From Bacteroidota bacterium (GTDB lineage: Bacteria; Bacteroidota; Bacteroidia; AKYH767-A; 2013-40CM-41-45), in the NCBI GenBank assembly GCA_031367345.1, contig JANLPR010000201.1, positions 618-64,617 of the forward strand: 64,000 nt of DNA. Direction: 5' to 3'. Of the stretch, positions 41,371 to 51,710 are shown in pieces. Under the pieces are notes generated by a model, which saw only the letters and a program-made list of their open reading frames with translations, was not told the DNA's origin and searched no databases. How positions within the stretch are numbered: position 1 is the first letter of the stretch; the number at the start of each line of letters is the position of its first letter. A program made the translations under genes and the position numbers.

Positions 41371-43041
41371 ATGTCCTCCATTTTGAACCCCAATAATATT
41401 TTAGAAAGTCCGAATGAAAAAAACGGGAAAAAGCTTTATGACTATCAACATTCAGCTATCGACGATATTTTTAAAAAACTAGAAGGTCATGCTACCCGGT
41501 ACAATCTATTATATCAGCTACCTACCGGTGGAGGTAAAACTGTTATCTTTTCTGAAATAGCACGAAGATATATTCTAGGAACAGGGAAAAAAGTTCTTAT
41601 CCTAACCCATCGTGTCGAATTGTGCAACCAGACCTCAGCTATGCTGCAAGAGTTTGGGGTAAAAAATAAAATTATTAATAGCGCCGTAAAAGAGTTGCCG
41701 GTACCGAACGACTATATGTGTTTTGTGGCTATGGTTGAAACATTAAACAATCGGTTACGCGATAAGATTCTTACTCTAGATAATATCGGCTTAATAATTA
41801 TTGATGAAGCTCACTATAATGCATTCGGAAAACTTCTTAGCTTTTATGAAAAGGGCGTGGTACTTGGTGTTACTGCCACTCCTCTTAGTTCGAATATATC
41901 AATTCGGATGCGAGACAATTACGATGAACTAATTATTGGCGAATCTATTTCTTCACTTATTGGAAATGGTTTTCTATCGAAAGCTACAACTTATCATTAT
42001 CACGTTGGACTTACTTCTTTGAAAGTTGGACGAACAGGTGATTATACTGTAAGCTCTTCCGAACGTCTCTACAATAATCACGCTATGCAAGACAAGTTGC
42101 TTAGCGCTTATAAAGAAAAATGTATTGGAAAGAAAACGTTAATCTTCAACAATGGAATTGCTACTTCTCAATATGTTTATGCAACTTTTCAGGAAGCCGG
42201 TTTCGAAATAAAACATCTCGACCATAGTCATAGTGCTACCGAAAGAAGAGATATTCTTCAGTGGTTTAGAGATAAGCCTGATGCTATTCTTACCTCTGTA
42301 AGTATCCTTACTACCGGATTTGATGAGCCTACGGTTGATTGTATTATTCTTAATCGTGCTACCAAATCGCTTACGTTGTATTTTCAAATGATTGGTAGAG
42401 GTTCGCGGATTCTACCTAAGAAAAAGGAATTTTCAATTATAGATCTCGGAAATAATCTAAATAGATTTGGCCTTTGGGACGCGCCAATTGACTGGGAAAG
42501 TATTTTCAAAAACCCGGAACTTTATTTAGCGGGAATAAAATCGGATGAAGAAATTGAAAGGAGTTATAGATATGTAATGCCGGAAGATTTGCGTGCCAAA
42601 TTTTCAAATTCTGTTTCTATCGACTTTGATATTAAGGATGAACATCAAAAAGCAATTAGTTTGGGTCAGCGACCAAAAGAAGTTATAGAACGTTCTATTC
42701 AACAACATGTAAAAATTTGTATGGAAAACAGCTCTTCTATCGAAGAAGCTCTTGTACTTTCCAATTTGCTTAAAGAAGAAATTGAATTTAGAGTACGTAC
42801 ATTTACTCGTTGCTTAAGTAAAACCTCAGAAAGTTATGTGAAGTGGTTGGCGGAAGATTATAAACGAAAATTTAAATTTGCGTTAATTAAAAAATGCCAC
42901 GAAGTTACAGGCGACGGATTTGATTTTTCAGAAGCTGAGCAGGAGGAATATTCAGTGGAAAATGAATCAGAGATGGATTCGGAAACTCAGGGCGAAAACG
43001 AAACAGAAGAAAACTCAGATAGAATTAATGAGGATGAATAA
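41371..43041 (+). CDS. SF2 DEAD/DEAH-box helicase (ResIII + Helicase_C) with an acidic C-terminal tail.
   Basis: Motif I QLPTGGGKT. Motif II IIIDEAHYNA. Motif III GVTATP. Motif VI YFQMIGRGSR. The C-terminus is EE/DE-rich (EAEQEEYSVENESEMDSETQGENETEENSDRINEDE). Start at the ATG at 41371 (MSSILNP). Confidence 0.8.
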   Translation: MSSILNPNNILESPNEKNGKKLYDYQHSAIDDIFKKLEGHATRYNLLYQLPTGGGKTVIFSEIARRYILGTGKKVLILTHRVELCNQTSAMLQEFGVKNKIINSAVKELPVPNDYMCFVAMVETLNNRLRDKILTLDNIGLIIIDEAHYNAFGKLLSFYEKGVVLGVTATPLSSNISIRMRDNYDELIIGESISSLIGNGFLSKATTYHYHVGLTSLKVGRTGDYTVSSSERLYNNHAMQDKLLSAYKEKCIGKKTLIFNNGIATSQYVYATFQEAGFEIKHLDHSHSATERRDILQWFRDKPDAILTSVSILTTGFDEPTVDCIILNRATKSLTLYFQMIGRGSRILPKKKEFSIIDLGNNLNRFGLWDAPIDWESIFKNPELYLAGIKSDEEIERSYRYVMPEDLRAKFSNSVSIDFDIKDEHQKAISLGQRPKEVIERSIQQHVKICMENSSSIEEALVLSNLLKEEIEFRVRTFTRCLSKTSESYVKWLAEDYKRKFKFALIKKCHEVTGDGFDFSEAEQEEYSVENESEMDSETQGENETEENSDRINEDE

Positions 43042-43147
43042 ATTATTGTTCATCAACATATAAAAGATCTACGCCGATTACCTGGAGTTTTGATATTAGA
43101 AAAGTGCTTTGGAAATGATCACAACTCTTTTATCAAAAATATTTCTA

Positions 43148-43698
43148 TCATTCAATTGTAAATTCACCACTCTTTTCTTTTTTGATTGAAAGGTGAATTG
43201 TTTCATGAGGCGTTTTCGAATAACTGTTTTCAAACAAAAAGAAAGAGTAATTTAACTTCGGATAAAAAACAGTTTCTGTCGAAATACATTTTCCAAAATT
43301 ATCAGAAATAGATACAGGAAAAGATCTTTCAGACAAATTGTAGTGCACTTTCATAATCGAAACAAGAGTGTCCTTGTTTTTGAGATAATCTTCGTTGCTT
43401 AATTCTAATTGATAAATCAATGACTTCCCATTGAAGTGATCGTCGCTTGGGAATTGGACAAACCGAGTGTACTCCAGTTTATTTTCAAACACTTTAGCAA
43501 TTGTCTTTTCGCTTTTTTTTTCATTCACTTAAATTGCTTCAACTTTAGTTGTAGTGTCCTTAGCTGAAACAATAGTTTGATACTTCTTTGTAGCAGTAAA
43601 GCTTGCTCCTACTTCACCTTCCTTTTTAGAGAGGCTGCATGAAGAAAATAATAAAATGTTTACGTAAAGAAAAATTCCGGTTATAAATTTAATCATCT
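43148..43698 (-). pseudogene. Lipoprotein gene interrupted by an in-frame TAA (or two adjacent ORFs: a 55-aa lipoprotein plus a 126-aa body).
   Basis: The ATG at 43698 reads MIKFITGIFLYVNILLFSSC (lipobox) ...KVEAI, then TAA (43529-31), then in frame GTG-NEKKSEKTIAKVF... to 43148. The downstream part has no signal peptide of its own. Confidence 0.4.
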
Positions 43699-43704
43699 CA
43701 GCTA

Positions 43705-44127
43705 CTAGTTAGCTTCAGCATATTTTTTGAAACTATCCAATATCGCTTGCCCGCCACCTCTCTGAACTTCTATCGGGTTTTCATCTTCCGCCTCAAATGT
43801 TTCGACAACTGTTGTTGTATTCCCATCAACAGAAAATCTAATTTCCACTTTTCTGCCATCTACTATTGAATAGTCAATCGTAGAATTAAGTTCAACTTTA
43901 GTATAGGTTCCTATAAAATCAAAACTCATGCTCCCATCTTTCGCCGCCATTGTCGTTTTAAAATTTGCTCCCACTTTTAAATCATTCTCTACATAAGGAG
44001 CATGCCAATCTTCAGATGCATTGTACCATTTGGTAATGTGATTTGCGTTTGTCCATATTCCCCAAACTTTTTCAATAGGTGCATGAACGGTAGTTTGAAC
44101 AGTAACTTTCTCTCTGAAATTTGACAT
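43705..44127 (-). CDS. SRPBCC/AHSA1 domain protein.
   Basis: KVTVQTTVHAPIEKVWGIWTNANHITKWY is the canonical AHSA1-like N-terminus. 140 aa. Confidence 0.7.
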   Translation of the reverse strand: MSNFREKVTVQTTVHAPIEKVWGIWTNANHITKWYNASEDWHAPYVENDLKVGANFKTTMAAKDGSMSFDFIGTYTKVELNSTIDYSIVDGRKVEIRFSVDGNTTTVVETFEAEDENPIEVQRGGGQAILDSFKKYAEAN

Positions 44128-44170
44128 GGAGTTTATTTTTAATAAAAATCAAATTATTTCGTCGCGCAAA

Positions 44171-44527
44171 TCACTTAGTCTCCTTAAGTGTATCAGGGGA
44201 AGCAACTAGTTTAAAATATTCTGCTTTGAAGCGATCATTCACAACAACACCTTTTACATAAGCGTGTCGTATAGTAGAACAAAAACCATCAACAGCATGC
44301 GCATTTCCAAAATCGTCGATTTTGGCTCCGTCTACGAAATATGTTTTTCCGTCTATTCGTATAGCTAGGTCACAACTTTTTCCATGCATATGAAAATTGC
44401 ATTCTCCACAAGACGCTTCCACCAATTGAAAGTCGTTATTTTTATTTTTTAATGTATCGCCGGATGTTTGAGCCTGAACACTCTGGCAAAATAAAAATAT
44501 GCTTGTTATTATTAAGAATTTTTTCAT
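44171..44527 (-). CDS. Small secreted Cys-rich hypothetical protein.
   Basis: Signal MKKFLIITSIFLFCQSVQAQ. ASCGECNFHMHGKSCD...GFC. Start at the ATG at 44527. Confidence 0.5.
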   Translation of the reverse strand: MKKFLIITSIFLFCQSVQAQTSGDTLKNKNNDFQLVEASCGECNFHMHGKSCDLAIRIDGKTYFVDGAKIDDFGNAHAVDGFCSTIRHAYVKGVVVNDRFKAEYFKLVASPDTLKETK

Positions 44528-44764
44528 GTTGTGAGCGGTTTGATCAGATTTAACTATTAACATTATTACCATTAAAGGTATAAATTTATTTTATGAAAAA
44601 TTAAAATATATAAATGCTTTTTAGTTTATTAAATTAACAGATTGCACACTTTCCTTCTTTTTATTCAATACATATCCGAATGAAAAAACAAACGAGCTAC
44701 TGTATTCTTTCGGATAGTAATAATCGTCCGGAGAAATAGATTTGTAAAATGATAATTTTTTACT

Positions 44765-46315
44765 TTATTCTTTCACTATCACTATTTTTTGATTCAAAGT
44801 TTTTCCGGTTTCGGTATTTGTAATATTCACCAAATAGATTCCACTATTCAAATTTCCAATTTCAATCTTTTCATCTGATGAAATCGTTTTTTTATAAAAT
44901 ATGCCTCTTCCAAATACATCTGAAATTATTACGTGCATTCTCTGTACATGATCTAGATTTGAAAAATTCAAATAACTTGATGCCACTGTAGGGTAAACAA
45001 ACATTTGCTCGTTATCAAAATTAATTGAAGAGGTATTGGTAGTAATGCAAAGTATATTTGGACTAACAGCAACAACAGTATCTGTAATTGTTGTAACGCC
45101 TATGCTTCCTAATGCACCACCATTAACAGTATGCGGATTTGCAGAAACAGGTACGAACGCAGCTTGAGTAACAACAAGAGGAATCGTATTACATGTACTC
45201 GAACCTAAACTATCAATTTTAGCAAAAAATAAATCAGTGTTCCCGCCAGATAATGAGCTACCTGAAATTAAAATTCCTTCGTCTGATGTAAGTATAATAG
45301 AGTGAAGTTGGCAATCATTTGCAACCGATGGAGTGTATTGATTCACCCAAATTATATTACCGATACTGTCTATTTTAATTACTACAGGATTACTAAATCC
45401 GCTTCCAAAACTTTGCAAATTCCCTCCCAAATAATAATTGTTATCTAAATCCTGAACAATACCAACTGACAAAAAATTGCTTCCTATTACAGAATATTTT
45501 TGAGTGTTATTTAATAATCCTGTAGCTAAATTACCTTTACAGAACGCTAAACTGCTTCCTTGCGGGCCTCCAACTACGGTAGTTCCAATTGCTGCAAGCT
45601 GACCATCACTAGATTTAATAATAGCTGACGAATAACCAAATCCATAATTAATATTTTTAATAATATTTCCAAAAGTATCTAATATAGAAATAGCATTTGC
45701 CAAATGCGCATACCCAACAGTTCCATCGCCAAGATATGTTCCACGGTAGTCAGGACTAGCAAATTGATTCGTATTCAAATATGATTCACGAATCACATTA
45801 CCAACTGAATTCAATACAACCATTGCCGGCTTTGCACTTCCTCCAATAGCAATCGTCCCTGTAAATGTATAGTTACCCGGAAGTGCTTCGAAACCTTCGT
45901 TTGCATAATCATTTTCACCAACTATTCCATACCGTTTAAAAAATTGAACAGTAAAATTCGAGTCAACCTTTATTGCTAATGCATCATTATCGGTTGATGT
46001 TGAATAGGCATAACCGGTAATAAAAAAACCACCATCTGAAGTTCTGCAAATTGATTTAGCAAACTCCGCATCGGCTGTCCCAATTCTTTTGGAATCAATT
46101 ACTACTCCCAAAGAAGAAAATTTTACTAGTGTAATATCATAATTTGATCCGAGAAAAGTAGTGGTTGCTGCTATAAAGTTTCCATTATTATCTTCAACAA
46201 CTCCAGCAACTTTATCCAGATTTGAAACATCCATTGTTATTTCAAAACTTCTTTGCTGCGATATTGCACAGGTTGAAATTAACACGTAAAGTAAAACTAA
46301 GTAAACTGTTTTCAT
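44765..46315 (-). CDS. T9SS-sorted secreted beta-propeller-repeat protein.
   Basis: Signal MKTVYLVLLYVLISTCAISQ. Propeller-like repeats. C-terminal ...GIYLVNITNTETGKTLNQKIVIVKE. Confidence 0.6.
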   Translation of the reverse strand: MKTVYLVLLYVLISTCAISQQRSFEITMDVSNLDKVAGVVEDNNGNFIAATTTFLGSNYDITLVKFSSLGVVIDSKRIGTADAEFAKSICRTSDGGFFITGYAYSTSTDNDALAIKVDSNFTVQFFKRYGIVGENDYANEGFEALPGNYTFTGTIAIGGSAKPAMVVLNSVGNVIRESYLNTNQFASPDYRGTYLGDGTVGYAHLANAISILDTFGNIIKNINYGFGYSSAIIKSSDGQLAAIGTTVVGGPQGSSLAFCKGNLATGLLNNTQKYSVIGSNFLSVGIVQDLDNNYYLGGNLQSFGSGFSNPVVIKIDSIGNIIWVNQYTPSVANDCQLHSIILTSDEGILISGSSLSGGNTDLFFAKIDSLGSSTCNTIPLVVTQAAFVPVSANPHTVNGGALGSIGVTTITDTVVAVSPNILCITTNTSSINFDNEQMFVYPTVASSYLNFSNLDHVQRMHVIISDVFGRGIFYKKTISSDEKIEIGNLNSGIYLVNITNTETGKTLNQKIVIVKE

Positions 46316-46553
46316 TTTGATTGATATGATTTGTATTAGACAAATATGCAAAAATTAAGAATTGATTTTCCACGATTCAATTATTTAATTTGTATGATAC
46401 AAGAAATCCTGATTATACTCCGGCTATTGCCTGACAACCATCGTTATTAGCGAAACATTCAGTCTTTTCCCTACACAGGTTTCGATTCAGCAGAAATAAT
46501 CATTTTATAAAAGTAAAAATTGGCATTATTGACCATTTTTAAAAAGCTTCTAT

Positions 46554-47798
46554 TTACTTAAAACGAAAAATTAAAGGGAAAATAAATGTCACTACTATCG
46601 TCCAAAGTGCATAGACGGGTAAAAAAATCGCTATTGATTTTTCAATTGAATTTAGTCCGACTTTGTCTTTTACAAATTTGAATATATTTTTAGTGATAAC
46701 AAGTAGATGAGCAAACATTAATATATTGCCACCTAATATTGCCAATCTGTTTGGAGTAATTCCCCATTCATACAATCTGAAAACTATGGCAGACAAAGCA
46801 ATGCCATTCACAATGATCGTTACAACTGAAAGTGCTAGCAATACCATCATTCCACTATTGCTTTTGGAAGACCTAGATGTTTCTGCTATTGAGAAAAATA
46901 TTAATGCCATTACACCTACTAGTAAAGCATTAAAGATCATCAAGAACTCCCGATCGTTATAAGGGTCCTTGCCTGAAACTACAATTGCAAGCAAATAAAT
47001 AACCAATGTTATTAGAACAAGTGGAGTAAATATTTTTGCAATAACCGGTGAAACTTTATTTACCAAATGAGGATTCGACTGAACGAGATAGGTGCCGACA
47101 ATTGGTGATGCTGCTAAACCAAGTATCACTATATTTCTGAAATAAAATTCCGTAATCTCACTGCCAATCATATTAAAAAGCCCAATCGTTATTCCTGTCA
47201 AGATAGCCCCTGAAATTAACAACAAAGCAACCATAACAATTAAGTCGCCATTAAATCTCAAGTATTCTAATCTGCGCTCATAACTTGCAAGCTTGTCGCC
47301 TGAAAAAACGAATCCTACTATTACCCATAAGAATAATGGAAGATGAATACATGATAAAACTAAGGTATCACTCGAACTATTTGCAGGAAAGAAATTTATC
47401 CAAAGTAAAGAAATTGTCATCGATAAAAAGGCAATCAACGCTCGTTTGTTGTTAAGCGAATATTTCCATGAAAAATATATAGCTAAAAAAGGAAATACAA
47501 TAAATCCGATGTTTCGTGTATAAAAAAATTCTGTATTAATTGTAAGTATTTCCGGGATCTTGGCAATAATTCCTGCTAGTAAAGAAAGTACAACAATAAA
47601 AGATAATTCGTTCTTAGCTCCCCAAGATATTTCTTGTTGTTCAAAATTCAATCTTTCATTCCAAAATCCGGCGGCCGGAAATTTTTCTATTTCAGAATAA
47701 ATAGCGTTGAACTCTTTTTTGAAAAGAACTTTATTGCTCCTGTATAGTTTCTCCAGCTTTTCTGGGTCTTCAATATTCAAGAAAATAAATTCTTTCAT
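46554..47798 (-). CDS. Polytopic membrane protein of unknown function.
   Basis: ~10 TM helices after a soluble ~50-aa N-terminus. No family recognised. Confidence 0.5.
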   Translation of the reverse strand: MKEFIFLNIEDPEKLEKLYRSNKVLFKKEFNAIYSEIEKFPAAGFWNERLNFEQQEISWGAKNELSFIVVLSLLAGIIAKIPEILTINTEFFYTRNIGFIVFPFLAIYFSWKYSLNNKRALIAFLSMTISLLWINFFPANSSSDTLVLSCIHLPLFLWVIVGFVFSGDKLASYERRLEYLRFNGDLIVMVALLLISGAILTGITIGLFNMIGSEITEFYFRNIVILGLAASPIVGTYLVQSNPHLVNKVSPVIAKIFTPLVLITLVIYLLAIVVSGKDPYNDREFLMIFNALLVGVMALIFFSIAETSRSSKSNSGMMVLLALSVVTIIVNGIALSAIVFRLYEWGITPNRLAILGGNILMFAHLLVITKNIFKFVKDKVGLNSIEKSIAIFLPVYALWTIVVTFIFPLIFRFK

Positions 47799-47933
47799 GT
47801 TTCAATTTTAAAGTTAGTAATTCAATAATTCTCGGATCAATTATTTTTAACAAGAGCTTAAACGCTCTTCACCGATATATATTTTACATAAATAAATTTA
47901 GCATTGGTTCGACTAAAAATAGTTTCCGGCAAA

Positions 47934-48443
47934 TCAGCCGGCATATTTGTAACTGGAAACAATCTCAACTCCTCTAGCTAACGTTTGATAAACGACACAA
48001 TACCGTTCAGTCAATTTAGCTAACGACTGAATTTGTTCTTCGCTTGCGTTGGTATCTAAAATAAAAGTAAGTTGAATTGACTTAAAGCCAACAGGTGCCT
48101 CTTTAGAAACACCAAGTGTTCCTCTGAAATCAAGCTCACCTGCTGCTTTCACTATTCCGGATTTTATTTCAATCCCTATTGATGTCGAAACAGCCGAAAG
48201 GGTAACTCCGGCGCAGGCAACAAGTGCTTCCAATAGGAGATCGCCGGAGCAGGCCAACATTCCATTGCCACCTGTTGCAGGATGCAAACCAGCATTCACT
48301 AACGCTCTTCCCGTTTCAACTTTGCAACTGATGCCTTCACCAATTTTGCCTTCAGCTTTCAATATGATGGTTGCAGCAGCGGGATCACTTTTATACTTTT
48401 CTTTTAAAGGGGTTTGTAATGCTTTTAATTCGGTGGAGTTCAT
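47934..48443 (-). CDS. OsmC/Ohr family peroxiredoxin-like protein.
   Basis: Two conserved Cys in the OsmC context (GNGMLACSGDLLLEALVACAG). 169 aa. Confidence 0.75.
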   Translation of the reverse strand: MNSTELKALQTPLKEKYKSDPAAATIILKAEGKIGEGISCKVETGRALVNAGLHPATGGNGMLACSGDLLLEALVACAGVTLSAVSTSIGIEIKSGIVKAAGELDFRGTLGVSKEAPVGFKSIQLTFILDTNASEEQIQSLAKLTERYCVVYQTLARGVEIVSSYKYAG

Positions 48444-48523
48444 AATAGATGAATTAGTTTTTCATAAGAATATGATTTAACATTGATAAAAACACTTTTT
48501 TGCCTAGACAAATCCACTTTCAA

Positions 48524-50101
48524 TTATTGGATAATAACTTTTTTTGAGATTGATTTACAATTATCAACAATTTTAATCACATAAATTCCTTTTGAATATT
48601 TTGCCATGTCTACCTCTATTTCCGTATTTACATTTTTTGACTCATAAACTACCTTTCCCACTGAATCAAATATTTTAATTTGATTTCCAGGTTCTATGTT
48701 TTTTATGATAAACTTTCCACTTGAAGGATTTGGGTAAACTATTGTTTTGTCATGTTCATTCTGTTCTTCGCTAATTGATGTCGTTGAAAATACTCCTCCA
48801 CATGGAGAAATTCCATTCGCAAAAGCAGTATTTATTTGTTGAATTCTTTGCTTAAGAACAGATACAGCAGATACATTCGTTCCTTGGAAATCTCTCGCAA
48901 AAACATACGCAATATCAAACGGTTTTACTTCGCCTGATAAAAAATCAAACGCTTCAAATGAAGCTATGCCCCTTCTGTCTCCTGGATTGTTTCCGGCATT
49001 AGATTCTGTCCATCCAGTATTTGATACCGGGTCTCCCGAATACATAAAATTTGTTGGTGCATTGCCGTTTGTTCCTGTTCCACCAAACGTCAAATGGCTT
49101 GCGTTTTTCCACATCCCATTGAGATACCCATCATAATCTGATTCATTAAATGGATTGCCATAGTAGGTTGATGAATTATCGTAAAACATAGTGGTTGATA
49201 TCGATGAATTCAACGCACTCACAGACTGTGCTGGAGGATGCATACCATAATTATTTGAGCCGATGCAACCGGCATCCTGACTAGCTCCATTATATACATA
49301 CATTGTATTCATCAAAGAATCTGTTCCAATATAGTCATCCAAATAACAACCATTATCAAAATCTGTCCATACACCAATTTTAGTGTCATGATAATTATTA
49401 TTAGACCTATTAATAAAATCATAATGAAAAAATATTGTATTGAAAAATGCTGAATCATCACACTCATACGCATACGCTATACCATGGATTTCTACACCCA
49501 TTTTATTTGACCCGGATTCTGCATGTATATTTCTGTCATCATTGTAAATAAAATAGATACTTTGATCACCTCTAATTTCCGGGTAATCTCCATCAAAAGG
49601 GTTATAAAATCCATCATTATTTGCATCGAAATAGGGAGCAAGTTTTTGCAATTGTCCTTTAGATGTATCGCCATTTGCCGGCCATTCGATTAGACTTTGT
49701 GGCGGGATGAAAAACAAACCTAATTTAAAACTATCAATCGTTGACTTATTTATCTTCCATAATTTATTCCATAATGAATCTTGACTTTGTGTATAGCTTT
49801 GCTGATACATTATCGGCCCTTGAAAAAAATCTGATCCGCTTTGTCGATATGTTTGAGCGCCTAAATGAAGAATATTACTTTGGTCTAGTCCACCTATCCA
49901 TAAATTTCCGGCAAAAATAGTTCCTTGACCTGTTCCTTGGGGGGCTTCAAATTGAGCTTGGCCTGCATCTCCAAATAAATAACCGGCAGAATAAATTCTA
50001 GCATTAATATTGTTAATGTTCAAATTTTCACCAACAATTGATTGAGATTTTAAATTGATATGTAATAATATCATCAATAATAAAGTAGTTGTTTTTTTCA
50101 T
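48524..50101 (-). CDS. T9SS-sorted secreted protein.
   Basis: Signal MKKTTTLLLMILLHINLKSQ. C-terminal VYPNPSSGKFIIKNI...GIYVIKI...KVIIQ. Confidence 0.6.
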   Translation of the reverse strand: MKKTTTLLLMILLHINLKSQSIVGENLNINNINARIYSAGYLFGDAGQAQFEAPQGTGQGTIFAGNLWIGGLDQSNILHLGAQTYRQSGSDFFQGPIMYQQSYTQSQDSLWNKLWKINKSTIDSFKLGLFFIPPQSLIEWPANGDTSKGQLQKLAPYFDANNDGFYNPFDGDYPEIRGDQSIYFIYNDDRNIHAESGSNKMGVEIHGIAYAYECDDSAFFNTIFFHYDFINRSNNNYHDTKIGVWTDFDNGCYLDDYIGTDSLMNTMYVYNGASQDAGCIGSNNYGMHPPAQSVSALNSSISTTMFYDNSSTYYGNPFNESDYDGYLNGMWKNASHLTFGGTGTNGNAPTNFMYSGDPVSNTGWTESNAGNNPGDRRGIASFEAFDFLSGEVKPFDIAYVFARDFQGTNVSAVSVLKQRIQQINTAFANGISPCGGVFSTTSISEEQNEHDKTIVYPNPSSGKFIIKNIEPGNQIKIFDSVGKVVYESKNVNTEIEVDMAKYSKGIYVIKIVDNCKSISKKVIIQ

Positions 50102-50367
50102 AATCCTAATAATTATAGCAAATAAAGTAAGAAAAAATAATGCAGTTTTAAAATTAAAATAAATTCCAAATAGATATCCTAGTAGATAAAATTAGCTACT
50201 TGTTTTTAACCCATTCACAATAGCTATTTTGCTTTAATAAATTATGAATGAAGATAGCAATCTACGAATATTTAGTCCACATCTTGAAATAGTAACCAAA
50301 CAAATATTTCATTTATGAAACCTGCCGGTTTACCAACAATATTTTTTTAGGGGGAAATCTCCCTCTT

Positions 50368-51213
50368 TCACTTCTGACCAGAAATCACCAATGCACTTGC
50401 ATCAATGATTACATTTCCGTCCGGATATTTTTCTTGAAATAGCTGATACACTTCTCTTTTTATTTTATTCTGCATTGCATCATCTGCTTTACTTAAAGCA
50501 GTTGCTATCGGAGCAGCAACTTCTGTCATTATAGTCCAAAATGTATCGGTTGACCCAGCTTTTAACTTACTCGTAATTTCAGATTGTGAAACATTCTTAA
50601 AACCCACTTCTGAAAACAAACCTGAAAGCATTCCATCCGGAGCACATCTAAACATGCCTGGGGCGTCCGGTTTTGGCGCTGGCAACTCCATGTTTTTATT
50701 GATTGCTCCCATTAATGAAGTTACCCAAAAATTCTTAGGTGCCACATTCCAAACTGCTGTTGCAATTTTTCCTCCCGGTTTCAAAACGCGAAACATTTCA
50801 CTTGCCGCTAATTTCATGTCCGGAAAAAACATAAATCCAAATCGGCAACTAATTGCATCAAACGTATTGTCGACAAATGGAAGTTCGGAAACATCGCAAG
50901 CAATAGTTTCAATATTTTTTATTCCTCTCAGCAATGCATTTTCTTTTGCTATCTCTAACATTTCATCGGAAAGGTCAGTAATAATTACTTTGCCACCATC
51001 CAACATCGATGCAATAGTTAATCCGGGCTCTCCTGTTCCCGCTGCTACATCTAACACTATGTCGTTTGGTTTTGGATTTAGTAAACTAATAATTTCGTTT
51101 GCCATTGGTTTTAAAAAATCCATCATCAGGCTATCCCATTTTTTCCAGCCTGGAGAAAATTTATCCCATGATGCTTTTTGTTGCTCACGGATCTGTTCTA
51201 GTTCCTGTTCCAT
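50368..51213 (-). CDS. Class I SAM-dependent methyltransferase.
   Basis: Motif I VLDVAAGTGEPG. Post-I acidic region ITDLSDEM. Motif II/III FDAISCRFG...LKPGG. Confidence 0.8.
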   Translation of the reverse strand: MEQELEQIREQQKASWDKFSPGWKKWDSLMMDFLKPMANEIISLLNPKPNDIVLDVAAGTGEPGLTIASMLDGGKVIITDLSDEMLEIAKENALLRGIKNIETIACDVSELPFVDNTFDAISCRFGFMFFPDMKLAASEMFRVLKPGGKIATAVWNVAPKNFWVTSLMGAINKNMELPAPKPDAPGMFRCAPDGMLSGLFSEVGFKNVSQSEITSKLKAGSTDTFWTIMTEVAAPIATALSKADDAMQNKIKREVYQLFQEKYPDGNVIIDASALVISGQK

Positions 51214-51401
51214 TTTTAAATGTTTTTAAGTACTCTATCAAAGTTAAGTTTTATTATCAAATTATTTACTTGAATAATAAAATTTACTAGTAACTTTTCT
51301 TCATTTTTTTACCAAAAAACAAGGGGTCCGTTTTATATACTCCGTTCTCATATTATTAATTCTCAAAAATTGCAAAAATTTCAATTGTAGAAAAAATTAA
51401 T

Positions 51402-51659
51402 TTAGTGTAAATCGATAAAGCCAATGAGTTTAAAATTATCTAATCGCTCTACTGCAAAATAACAGTAGCTTGATTTCATAAATAATTTTTGCATCCGATG
51501 GATAAATTCGACTGTATCCTCTTTTGTTGGAATAGAAGGGAAATACTTCATCACTTCTGGGTCAGTGTTTATTTCATGCAACGCTGAAATATCTTCTTGC
51601 TTCCAATTCCGGAATCCTAAACGACTTGATGTAAAAATAAATTTATTGCTATCAAACAT
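51402..51659 (-). pseudogene. Truncated GNAT acetyltransferase (N-terminal 85 aa only).
   Basis: RLGFRNWKQEDISALHEINTDPEVMKYF...GFIDLH matches the first half of RimJ/RimL-type GNATs, then a stop. No in-frame continuation exists (stop again 7 codons later; downstream is AT-rich non-coding). Confidence 0.45.
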
Positions 51660-51710
51660 TTCTAAACCATTTTATAAATACTTGTGTAATCTCTGAAAAG
51701 TTATTCGTTT

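Noticed and set aside
41332-43041. The helicase as the Res subunit of a type III/I restriction-modification system.
   Set aside because: No methyltransferase or specificity gene lies within several kb on either side.
50318-50352. Hairpin tttttttaGGGGGAAATCTCCCTCtttc between the methyltransferase and a T9SS gene.
   Set aside because: The stem is short (4-5 bp). The T-tract is on the wrong side for a minus-strand terminator, and the plus strand has none after the stem. It is not convincing as a terminator or a riboswitch.
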